Positions 29,113 through 37,686 of a DNA stretch of 64,000 nt are shown piece by piece. Location: positions 1 through 64,000 of IMG/VR virus record IMGVR_UViG_3300047320_000285. One strand, 5' to 3'. Under the pieces are notes generated by a model. The model saw only the letters and a program-made list of their open reading frames with translations, had not been told where the DNA came from and searched no databases. Every line of letters starts with the position of its first letter. Within the stretch, counting starts at the first letter, position 1. A program made the translations under genes and the position numbers.

Positions 29113-29968
29113 GATGGATGAGCTGCATGCGTTCCTCAGCAAGCAGGACGAGGAACGCAGCGCTTTTCTGAAGAAGTGGGAAGAAGGCATGCGCGAGGAG
29201 CTGGGCTTACCCCGTTCCCCCATGTCGCGGTTGGGCCTGTCGTTTGACCCGTCCACCACCTTCACCAAGCTGCCCCCGGTGCAAGACGTGTCGGCGGGGA
29301 TCTACCACAATCGTGAAGGCCTGACGGTTGAAGTCACCTCACAGGATCCGGAATCCAAGCTGCTGGTGCTGGAGATGCCCGCGTACGTCCCGGCCCGTGA
29401 TCGCTTGCAAACCATGAGCGTGGGGATCTTCAACGAGTTGTTTGTCCCGGCTGAACCGATGGCGGTGGTAAAGTCCGTCGAGCTGGTGAATCAGGAGTTT
29501 GAATACCAGACCGATCCGGGTAAGCGCGAGCACCTGATGGCATGGAAGGAAAACTTTGACTGGACCGCTATTACCACCCAGTACGAGGCCCTGTGCGACA
29601 AGTTCGTCAAGCTCGACCGGGCACTAGCGGCCAAGGACAAAGACAGCACCCAGATGTATTTCTTGGAGGTGGTGTTTCTGTTCTACGTGCTGGGTAATCG
29701 TTTGGGTTACTCCGCTGCGTTTCATTTCCGCGCCCTGCATGAGAGTATCTTCTCGCTGGTGGATCACAACCCGGAAGCCGCGCTCCGAACCCAGAACTAC
29801 TACCTGAGTCAGGCCATCGAAACGGAGTACCGGGAAGTCCAGCTGTATAATCCGCTGGATGTGATGAAACTGCCGGAGAAATACTACCTCACCTACTCGG
29901 CCAAGGATCAGGGTAGTCCCGATGGCGGGGCGCTGCCCAAGGGATGTTTTCTTCGCTCCAGAGCGTAA
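29096..29968 (+). CDS. Hypothetical protein with a degenerate MazG/PRA-PH-like helical C-domain (290 aa)
   Basis: RBS GAAGGAG; ALAAKDKDSTQMYFLEVVFLFYVLGNRLGYSAAFHFRALHESIFS has the spacing of the MazG-like D..E..D.L.D..YV..G....G......F..VH.SN.S motif. Confidence 0.6.
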   Translation: MILQSKMDELHAFLSKQDEERSAFLKKWEEGMREELGLPRSPMSRLGLSFDPSTTFTKLPPVQDVSAGIYHNREGLTVEVTSQDPESKLLVLEMPAYVPARDRLQTMSVGIFNELFVPAEPMAVVKSVELVNQEFEYQTDPGKREHLMAWKENFDWTAITTQYEALCDKFVKLDRALAAKDKDSTQMYFLEVVFLFYVLGNRLGYSAAFHFRALHESIFSLVDHNPEAALRTQNYYLSQAIETEYREVQLYNPLDVMKLPEKYYLTYSAKDQGSPDGGALPKGCFLRSRA

Positions 29969-30016
29969 AGTCTATTTTTATGACTATTTTGCTATCTGCC
30001 GCGAAGGAGTGATGCG

Positions 30017-30556
30017 ATGCCATCCTTGACCCCCTACATCGGCCTGAGCAATCTGCGTCTGACGGCGATGGTGAACAAGGATAATAACAAGACGCTGACA
30101 GAGGGAGTGGACTTCACCTACGGGGAGATCGTCGCCATCATCGGTCGCGATGGTCGCAATGCAATGGTGAGGTTGACTCCGGTGGCGGGTTCAGGCTATC
30201 CGAGCGCACAAGAGATTCAGTACTGGCGATTGGGCATTGACGCCTTAGGTCGATTGCCGGCGGGGTCCACCGACTCCGTCCCCGTACCTAGGCTGCCGTT
30301 TAACATCCACGGGATTCTCCCGGTGATTAATACGGCACTCGGTCTGAACCTCAGGCCAGCTGAGGTAGAAGATTCGATTTATACTGAGGAAGCGCCGTCG
30401 TACGCCTTAAAAATCGTCGATGGTTCGCTGGCATGGTTTCCCTCGACGTACAACTTTCCGGCCACCAATACCGGGGTTGATACGCCTCTGTCGAGCATCA
30501 TTGTTAACCCGGTGCTCAGCGGTTTGGTGTATGTCGAACAGCCTGTTACAGGCTAA
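30017..30556 (+). CDS. Tail-fibre family paralog, N-module only (179 aa)
   Basis: Shared N-module (..N..N...L...F.....GRN...L....GY......Y.RL) ending in the PLSS.I....L.GL.Y linker. Confidence 0.75.
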   Translation: MPSLTPYIGLSNLRLTAMVNKDNNKTLTEGVDFTYGEIVAIIGRDGRNAMVRLTPVAGSGYPSAQEIQYWRLGIDALGRLPAGSTDSVPVPRLPFNIHGILPVINTALGLNLRPAEVEDSIYTEEAPSYALKIVDGSLAWFPSTYNFPATNTGVDTPLSSIIVNPVLSGLVYVEQPVTG

Positions 30557-30625
30557 TTTCTTCTAGCATCTTATGCTAGATCGTTCTTTTCCGCTCGATA
30601 TTCACTCACTTGCTGAGGCTCAAAC

Positions 30626-31153
30626 ATGGCTTTCCAACTCGACTTCACCAAGGCTCCGGAACAGATCCTTCTGGACCAGATCAACAATGACAACACCAGC
30701 GCGCTCACGCTCGCCCAAGTGAGTTTCGGCTTGCCGACCACCACCACCGGCGGCTCCCCGGCGCGTGACACGCAAGTGACGGTCTCCTCCATCACGGGCG
30801 AAGGCTACAGCGGCTCGGTGGTGGTGGAGTACAACCGCGTCAATATCTCGACGGTGCCAGGGGTTCGCTCCACGATCTTCCCGAAGGGCTCGGCGGTCAA
30901 CATCAGTGACCTGATTCCGCAGATCAACGCGGCCTATCAGATCAACCTGACGACGGCCGACTACACGGATGCGCCGTTGCCGACCTTCACGGGCACACCG
31001 AACGAAGAACACGATTTCCAGCTGGTGATCAGTTCGGACTCGCTGCCGTTCGAAAACAGCCTGACGCTGACCGTGAAGTCCAACGACATTCCGCTGTCGT
31101 CGGTGATCACGAGCGCCACGCTGAACGGTCTGGTCTACACGCAGCCTGCTTAA
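30626..31153 (+). CDS. Tail-fibre family paralog, N-module only (175 aa)
   Basis: LLDQINNDN...RDTQV...GYSGSVVVEYNRV...PLSSVITSATLNGLVY. Confidence 0.8.
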   Translation: MAFQLDFTKAPEQILLDQINNDNTSALTLAQVSFGLPTTTTGGSPARDTQVTVSSITGEGYSGSVVVEYNRVNISTVPGVRSTIFPKGSAVNISDLIPQINAAYQINLTTADYTDAPLPTFTGTPNEEHDFQLVISSDSLPFENSLTLTVKSNDIPLSSVITSATLNGLVYTQPA

Positions 31154-31185
31154 GTCGCCCTTTCTGCAGTAGTCCAATCCTGACC

Positions 31186-31214
31186 AAAGGGGGAGGCTTC
31201 GGCTTCCCCCTTTT
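31186..31214 (+). terminator. Intrinsic terminator
   Basis: aaagggggaggc-ttcg-gcttccccctttt. Confidence 0.8.
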
Positions 31215-31234
31215 ATATTTGCAGAGAGGTGAAT

Positions 31235-32035
31235 ATGGCACTTTTAGCAGCGGCCCCGCAAGACGATTTGCTGGCGCTGATTAACGCCGCCAACCCGAAT
31301 CTGCCCGTACCCGTCAGTGCTGATAACCTGTACTTTGGCAACGCCCGCCTCGATTCCGACGGTGTCACCGCCGTACTGCCGACCACAGCGATGCTGGGCC
31401 GGGAGTACCGTGGCTATGTCGATTTTCGCTATAAGCGGATTAACCTGAGTAAGGTGTACGATACCCGACCGCAGCTCACAGCTGTAGGGGGCAAGACACT
31501 GTACGACATGCTGGATGTGGTCAATCGTTTTCTGGGTCTGAATCTCACGACCCAAGACGTATTGAACACCTCGGTAGCAGACGTGGGCTCGGGCGAGCAG
31601 GTGAACATCAACGTGCAGACCGTGCCGGGTTCGTACGGTTACGAAGGCGCGATGGTGATCCAGTTTTTCCGGATCCGGCCATTCATGAACCACGTGGTGG
31701 TGAATGCGGAATTGTCGGTGCTGAACCACTTGGTCGATGCGACGATCGCCAAGAAGGATCTCGACATGCAGATGTGGAATGTGGATTTTTCCAATTCCGT
31801 CTCGGTACTGGCTGTGCAGAACAACTTCTGGAAAAGCGTGGCTGCCGTACAGGCACTGATGGCCGAGGAGTTCGGTTACGCGGACTGGCCGGCACCGGCT
31901 GTGCATGGCGTGACCGATTATGCGACCAAAGACTATCCGGGCGCAAATCTGAACTTCCAGCGCGTGGCCGTGCAGAAGAACGTCGTGGGGTCGACCTACC
32001 AAGGTAACGCCCTCTTCCATTACAACCTCATTTAG
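31235..32035 (+). CDS. Tail-fibre family paralog, N+C modules (266 aa)
   Basis: N-module plus C-module ending GNALFHYNLI. Confidence 0.8.
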   Translation: MALLAAAPQDDLLALINAANPNLPVPVSADNLYFGNARLDSDGVTAVLPTTAMLGREYRGYVDFRYKRINLSKVYDTRPQLTAVGGKTLYDMLDVVNRFLGLNLTTQDVLNTSVADVGSGEQVNINVQTVPGSYGYEGAMVIQFFRIRPFMNHVVVNAELSVLNHLVDATIAKKDLDMQMWNVDFSNSVSVLAVQNNFWKSVAAVQALMAEEFGYADWPAPAVHGVTDYATKDYPGANLNFQRVAVQKNVVGSTYQGNALFHYNLI

Positions 32036-32043
32036 GACTCCCT

Positions 32044-32916
32044 ATGTCGCTTTATCCACGTCCCATGGATGCGATTCTGGGTGCGATCGCGACGCAAAAC
32101 GGCGGCGTGACGTTGGTGGAGGATGAGTACACCTTTGGTGCGCCGACTCCGTGGACCGATCCGTCGGGCCTCACCAACACCCAGCTGAGCATCACGGCCA
32201 TCCAGCCCGATAGTCCTTATCAGGGTACGGTGACCGTCAACTACAAGCGGTTGAATCTGGCCGACTTGACGCAACTGTTGCCGTTACCGATTCAGGGCAA
32301 TGGCTGGCTCACCGTCGCCGATTTCTGGGCGGTGCTCAACAGTAACTTCGGCCTGAACTTTGTCGCGGGCGATCTGAACGACGCCACCGCCTTGGTGATT
32401 GCGGGAGACGGTTCCGGTAGCGTGACCCTGACTGCCCAAGCCAACTCGATGGGCTGGGTCGGTAGCGTGACGCTGCCGTTTATCAAGGGTAACTTTGATC
32501 TGGCGACCACGGTGACCGTGACCACGTTGCCGGGTCTGGTGTTTCCGAATCGGGACGAAACCAAGCCGTATGGTGAGATGTACTCGTACTGGCGTGACAT
32601 GACCGCCTACGAGGCGGACTTCACGCCGATCACGACAGCGACGACCGATCTCACGCAAGTCGCCACGGACCTCACCGCACAGTCGGGTAACACGTGGCTC
32701 ACCGGCGCCTCAGGCCGTTACAGCCTGCAAAACGCAACGGTGGCCTATAACGGTACAGTGGCGGACTTCACGCCGATTGTCAACAGCAGCACCACTCCGA
32801 ACCCGAGCTATCAGAATGTCTTGGTGATCGCGCTCGATCCGACCGCCTCACTGGGCTACTCCGGTTGGCTTTTCCTGCACTATGGTCGGCTTGACGACGG
32901 CTTCGGCACAACCTAA
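32044..32916 (+). CDS. Tail-fibre family paralog, N+C modules (290 aa)
   Basis: NTQLSITA...YQGTVTVNYKRLNL; ends GWLFLHYG. Confidence 0.8.
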   Translation: MSLYPRPMDAILGAIATQNGGVTLVEDEYTFGAPTPWTDPSGLTNTQLSITAIQPDSPYQGTVTVNYKRLNLADLTQLLPLPIQGNGWLTVADFWAVLNSNFGLNFVAGDLNDATALVIAGDGSGSVTLTAQANSMGWVGSVTLPFIKGNFDLATTVTVTTLPGLVFPNRDETKPYGEMYSYWRDMTAYEADFTPITTATTDLTQVATDLTAQSGNTWLTGASGRYSLQNATVAYNGTVADFTPIVNSSTTPNPSYQNVLVIALDPTASLGYSGWLFLHYGRLDDGFGTT

Positions 32917-32927
32917 CGGGAGGCAGT

Positions 32928-33761
32928 ATGAGCACATTGACTCCCAGTGGTGAGAAGCTGGTTATCCTGCTTAACGAGACGTTCGTCCCGCCGACCATCT
33001 TCGACGATACGCGCATTTCGTTTGGGGTGCCAACCGATGCACCGGGAGATGCTACGGATTACGATACGGTCGTGATCGGTAGCGCGATTCCCGGGATGGG
33101 GTACTTTGGTGACGCAGAGATTCACTATACGCGGGTGCCGCTGATTAACCTCGGTACCGTGACCTTGGCGTCGTTGTCGGTATTCACGCCTGCGACCTTG
33201 ATTGCCGCGCTTAATGCGCAGTGCGAGGCGTTTCTGGATGTGACGGACTTTGTGAGCTTCACGATTCCGACCATCCCGAATGGCGGCTCGGCCCCGTTGA
33301 CCTTGACGGCGGACCCGAGTTCGTTGGGCTGGAAGGGGGCGATTACCCTCACGCTCCTGCACGACAAGCCCCAGCTGTCGGCGGTCGTCGGCGCTAAAAC
33401 GCTGAACGCGATGGTCAGTCCGGACGCGGCCGGGAATGCGGTGAATGGCCGCGCGTTGCTGTTTAACGTGGACTTCACGTCATTTCGCGATGCGATTAAG
33501 CCGATGGCACTGCCGATCCAGCCGGGTTGGAACTACATGGGCTTTACGGATTACGCGGCGCTGGCTGACGTCTGTGCACGGATTGGTATTCCGGGCTTCC
33601 CCGCGCCGTGGGTGGCTTCGCAGGTGGCGGACTATGCGACGTCGCAGATCGCAGACAGTAACCAGAATTTCGATCGGGTAGTGGTCATGGGTTACGTACC
33701 CAGCGGGCCGATGTATCCGGGCCCGCTGTACTTCCACTACAACCTTCTTGACAATCGGTAG
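32928..33761 (+). CDS. Tail-fibre family paralog, N+C modules (277 aa)
   Basis: GYFGDAEIHYTRVPL; ends GPLYFHYN. Confidence 0.8.
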   Translation: MSTLTPSGEKLVILLNETFVPPTIFDDTRISFGVPTDAPGDATDYDTVVIGSAIPGMGYFGDAEIHYTRVPLINLGTVTLASLSVFTPATLIAALNAQCEAFLDVTDFVSFTIPTIPNGGSAPLTLTADPSSLGWKGAITLTLLHDKPQLSAVVGAKTLNAMVSPDAAGNAVNGRALLFNVDFTSFRDAIKPMALPIQPGWNYMGFTDYAALADVCARIGIPGFPAPWVASQVADYATSQIADSNQNFDRVVVMGYVPSGPMYPGPLYFHYNLLDNR

Positions 33762-33769
33762 GGCCTGAC

Positions 33770-34729
33770 ATGCCACTTTATTCCAAGCAATCCCAGCAGC
33801 TTCTGGTGGACCTGATCAATGCGTCCAATCCGAGCCTGCCGGTCGCCCTGACGACGACCAACGCGAAGTACGGGACCCCAGCGGTGATTACGCCGCAGGC
33901 GGGGACGATTCAAAACACCTCAATCAGGGTCACAGCCTTGGCGAGCGGCCAGTACATTGGCAATACCACGCTGAATTACCGGCGACTGGACTTTGCCAGC
34001 CTGTTGCGCTCGGTACCGGTACGGATCGACAAGTTCTCGCCAGCCAACATCGGCGCCAGTCCGTTTAAGATCAGTGACCTGATCTCGGTGATCAACTCGA
34101 AATACGGGTTGAACCTGCAGGCTACCGACTACGTGGACGGCAGCATGGCGGCGGGTAACACTAACGCGGTGCCGGCTATCGGACTGGTCGCGGGTACGCG
34201 CAACAGCTCGATCACCGTCAACGCCGCGGCGGGTAGTTACGGTTATGTCGGTTCGTTCACGCTGTACTGGGTGCAAGCACCGCAAGACCTCGCGACGATG
34301 ATTACCACGCCGTCGCTGGAAACAGCACGGGTCTTCCCGGGCAATCGTAACGTGGTGGACAGTTCGATCTACGTGGTCGATCTGGATACCTACAGCCAAG
34401 ACTTCACCGACTACTTCGGGACGGGCGGTACGCTCAGCCCGACGACCTTCGCTAGTCAGACGATTAACACCGTGGGTAGCTGGCCGGCGTTTATCACCAT
34501 GCTCAACACGCTGTCGGGCAAGACGTACACGAACACCGGCAACGGCTCGCAGGCGATGGATCTGGTTGGTTCCACGACCAGTGCCCAGCTCGACATGACG
34601 CTGCCCGCTAACCAAGCACTGTTCCCGGAGGCCAACTTCAAGTATTACAACCGTCTGATGGTCGTGACGTTGTCGGCGAACGCGGCGGCTTGGGGCGCAG
34701 GTAAGCTGTTTATCCACTACAACGTTTGA
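33770..34729 (+). CDS. Tail-fibre family paralog, N+C modules (319 aa)
   Basis: QNTSIRVTA...YIGNTTLNYRRLDF; ends GKLFIHYNV. Confidence 0.8.
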   Translation: MPLYSKQSQQLLVDLINASNPSLPVALTTTNAKYGTPAVITPQAGTIQNTSIRVTALASGQYIGNTTLNYRRLDFASLLRSVPVRIDKFSPANIGASPFKISDLISVINSKYGLNLQATDYVDGSMAAGNTNAVPAIGLVAGTRNSSITVNAAAGSYGYVGSFTLYWVQAPQDLATMITTPSLETARVFPGNRNVVDSSIYVVDLDTYSQDFTDYFGTGGTLSPTTFASQTINTVGSWPAFITMLNTLSGKTYTNTGNGSQAMDLVGSTTSAQLDMTLPANQALFPEANFKYYNRLMVVTLSANAAAWGAGKLFIHYNV

Positions 34730-34738
34730 GGCTAAGCG

Positions 34739-35641
34739 ATGTCTTTTTTCCAATACGCATCACTGAACGATCTGGTTCGCGCGATCAATGCCGCGAACGG
34801 GACCTCGTTCTTGCTGACGGATTTGTCGTTCTCGAATCCGAAAGTCGTCGCTGGCACGTGGCAGGGTAATAATTCCGACCGCAACTCAGCGATCAAGGCA
34901 ACCGCGGCCGCCCCAGCTTTTCAGGGCTCGCAGGTTGTGCTGTATAACCGGCTTGATCTGGGCCAACTTATCGCGCTACCCGGTGCCCGGCTGAAGCTGC
35001 CGGGCACCGTCACCCACGTGTGGGACTGCTTGCCGATGCTCAAGTTTTACTTCGGCATCAGCTTCGTCCAAGGAGATCTGCAGAACACCGCGGTGACCGT
35101 GGGTGGCGATGGGACGGGCACGCTGAACATCACCGCCGATCCGAATTCGATCGGCTGGCAAGGTAGCGTGGCAATTCCGTTCACGGCCGGTGGTTCACCG
35201 ATCGATGTTGCGGTAGCAACCACGCAGCTGCCGGGTCTGAACTATCCGGTGGGTGATCCACCCTCGGTGCCGGGCACGTCGGTCTACGGTCCGGCTTATC
35301 TGTATCCGTACGACTTCACCACCTACACGCCGACCATCATCAACTACACGCCGGGTGTGCTCACCACTCCACAGGCGGACTTCTTGGTGGCGGCGTTGGC
35401 GGCGTTGGACATCGGTGCCGGTAAAGCACTCTGGAACGATACGACCTCGGGCGGCACGTTCACGACGTGGAACTTGACGGGTGCGACGATTGTCTCGAAC
35501 GGGTTGAATGACCCGATCAACAATCCGACCAATCCGGCCTACAAGTACGTGATGGTGCTCCAGTTGCGGGCGGATGTCACGATCCCGACTGGCTTGCTGT
35601 ATCTGCACTATAACGACCCGTTCGACCCGAACAACTTCTAA
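34739..35641 (+). CDS. Tail-fibre family paralog, N+C modules (300 aa)
   Basis: RNSAIKATA...FQGSQVVLYNRLDL; ends GLLYLHYND. Confidence 0.8.
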   Translation: MSFFQYASLNDLVRAINAANGTSFLLTDLSFSNPKVVAGTWQGNNSDRNSAIKATAAAPAFQGSQVVLYNRLDLGQLIALPGARLKLPGTVTHVWDCLPMLKFYFGISFVQGDLQNTAVTVGGDGTGTLNITADPNSIGWQGSVAIPFTAGGSPIDVAVATTQLPGLNYPVGDPPSVPGTSVYGPAYLYPYDFTTYTPTIINYTPGVLTTPQADFLVAALAALDIGAGKALWNDTTSGGTFTTWNLTGATIVSNGLNDPINNPTNPAYKYVMVLQLRADVTIPTGLLYLHYNDPFDPNNF

Positions 35642-35651
35642 CCCAAGTTGT

Positions 35652-35677
35652 CGAGCGGGGTTTTCGAATCCCGCTCG
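35652..35677 (+). terminator. Hairpin
   Basis: gagcggg-gttttcgaat-cccgctc, then gttct. Confidence 0.5.
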
Positions 35678-35695
35678 TTCTGAATGAGGTCACGT

Positions 35696-37174
35696 ATGCA
35701 AGTACCGTATAAACAAAGTCAAAGCCAGACTGACGTGTTCATGGCTTTGATCAATCAGTCCAATCCGGGCTTAAGCGTGCATCCGTTGCAGCTCACGGAT
35801 CTGCGCAGCCTCGCACCGACGGTGATTGCGTCACCGGTCGGTATTCAGGACACGAGTATTCGTTTGTTGGTGAAGCCTAGCAACGCGAATTACTACGGTT
35901 CACAAACCGTCACGTACCGTCGCATCAAGCTGTCGCAAGTCTACAAGGGTCTACCGACCAATGGCGGTGTACCCACCCTAGCGTTACTGCAGTATTCATC
36001 CAGTAGCCTGACGGTCGCCCAGATTATCGCTGAAGTGAACCAGCGTTTGGGTACCGCGTTTGTGCTGGCTGACATTGCCAATGCAGGACCGCTAGTGAGT
36101 GGCAGCACCATGACACTCGTGATGAACGCGACGTCGCTGTGTTATCAGGCCGAGGGCGCGGGCTCGATCAACGTCACGTGGACCCGCCCCAAGCAACCGC
36201 TGCAGGCCAGTCCGGGCGGAGCGATCACCACGATTCCGACGGTACTGAATGGCCGGAGTTACCCGGGCGGTAACACGTTTCCGCGTACCACGCCGCAAGG
36301 GGACTTCTTTACCTACGGGGCCGACTTCAGTCAAGTATCGACGCAGCTCAATGCGCTGGCGGCGACGGGCACGATCACCGCTGCGATGTTGCAAACGGGT
36401 GGCTCGTGGAATACCATCGTCGGTTTGATGCAGGCGCGCCGTCCGAGTCTGAACTTCAACGCCAGTGATGCAGGCTCAGTGTCAGGCGGTTTGCTCAACT
36501 GTACGTGGGCCCGCTTTACGATTCCGTCCGCGTCGGTACCCGGGGCGAACGCGGTCAAGTTCACCAGTGTGGTGGTGGTTCGCCCCCCTGTGTCGGGGAC
36601 ACCGTGGTTCCAAGGACAGATCTATCTGCACTACACGCCGGGTTCGGGTACGTCGACGGTCGAAGGGTTCTATCTGAACTCCAACGACGAACTGCAGCAG
36701 TTGATGATTGCGGCTGGCGCCACCAACATCGGGCAGAATACCGCCACCACCGGTTGGACGGTTACGGGGATCCGGGCGACCAAGACCGCGGATAATCAGC
36801 CGAACCAGAATACCAAGCTGCGGGTCACCCCGCAACCGGGCAACACGTTTTATTCCAGCTTTGCGGATCTGTTTTACAACCGCATGGACTTGCAGTTTCT
36901 GGCCAGCTTTAATCCGTACGTGTTGTCGATGGCGCCGGGCATTTCGGTATTGACGGTACTGAACACGATTCGTGATCAGTTTGGTATCCAGCTGACTACG
37001 GACGACATCAACGACGCGACCACGGTGGATAAGTTTGGGGATGGCTCTGCTACGTCTGTTACACTGGTGGCCAAGAGCACGTCGCTCAGCTGGTTCGGTA
37101 CCGTGACCCTGACGTTCGGTGGACTGCCGGATATTTCGACTGCGTTCGTCTCGCCGGTCCTGACTGGCTTCTAA
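35696..37174 (+). CDS. Tail-fibre family paralog, N+C+N modules (492 aa)
   Basis: Start at ATG 35696 after GAGG; internal GQIYLHYT followed by a second N-module ending ISTAFVSPVLTGF. Confidence 0.8.
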   Translation: MQVPYKQSQSQTDVFMALINQSNPGLSVHPLQLTDLRSLAPTVIASPVGIQDTSIRLLVKPSNANYYGSQTVTYRRIKLSQVYKGLPTNGGVPTLALLQYSSSSLTVAQIIAEVNQRLGTAFVLADIANAGPLVSGSTMTLVMNATSLCYQAEGAGSINVTWTRPKQPLQASPGGAITTIPTVLNGRSYPGGNTFPRTTPQGDFFTYGADFSQVSTQLNALAATGTITAAMLQTGGSWNTIVGLMQARRPSLNFNASDAGSVSGGLLNCTWARFTIPSASVPGANAVKFTSVVVVRPPVSGTPWFQGQIYLHYTPGSGTSTVEGFYLNSNDELQQLMIAAGATNIGQNTATTGWTVTGIRATKTADNQPNQNTKLRVTPQPGNTFYSSFADLFYNRMDLQFLASFNPYVLSMAPGISVLTVLNTIRDQFGIQLTTDDINDATTVDKFGDGSATSVTLVAKSTSLSWFGTVTLTFGGLPDISTAFVSPVLTGF

Positions 37175-37184
37175 TAAAGGACTT

Positions 37185-37610
37185 ATGATGAGTAAGATTT
37201 TTTGGCCGAACTATCTGTTCCATGCTGACTTCAGTGCGGATCAGGCCGAGCTGGCAGAGATCCCGCTGGGGGCAGTCAGTGCGGATACGGCGACCTTGCT
37301 GGCGGCGACGCTCTCGACCCATGACACCGGTGAAGGCCGGGCGTTGTGGACCGATCAAGCAGCTAACGCGTGGTCGCTCGAAGGGGTGGAAGTGACGTAC
37401 AACGGTCAGAACAGTTCGCTGTTCCCGACCAAGTATATCCACAACACCGTACTGGGGATTAAGTTCCCGGCGGATTCTGTCACGCCGCCTGCAGGTACGT
37501 TGCTGTATCTGCAGTACGACACGTCGGCTAACCCCCCGACCATTGCGGATCCGGCACCCGAGGAGCCTGCTCCCACGGAACCGACCGACGACTCAACCCC
37601 GCCGGCATAA
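37185..37610 (+). CDS. Tail-fibre family paralog, C-module only, with Pro/acidic tail (141 aa)
   Basis: GRALWTDQAANAWSLEGVEVTYNGQN...GTLLYLQYD resembles the C-module of the 34739 gene. Confidence 0.75.
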   Translation: MMSKIFWPNYLFHADFSADQAELAEIPLGAVSADTATLLAATLSTHDTGEGRALWTDQAANAWSLEGVEVTYNGQNSSLFPTKYIHNTVLGIKFPADSVTPPAGTLLYLQYDTSANPPTIADPAPEEPAPTEPTDDSTPPA

Positions 37611-37686
37611 GTCGATTCTGGGTCACCTTCTCACGAGGGTGACCTGGTATCATCTTTCCCGTGTTTGTTTTTCATTCGAGGTAATC

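Noticed and set aside
35652-35680. tRNA-like TTCGAATCC
   Set aside because: It is the loop of a simple terminator-type hairpin, with no acceptor, D or anticodon arms. No tRNA gene was recognised in the window.
37170-37190. Programmed readthrough or frameshift fusing 35696 and 37185
   Set aside because: Tandem TAA TAA stops, a separate RBS and no slippery sequence.
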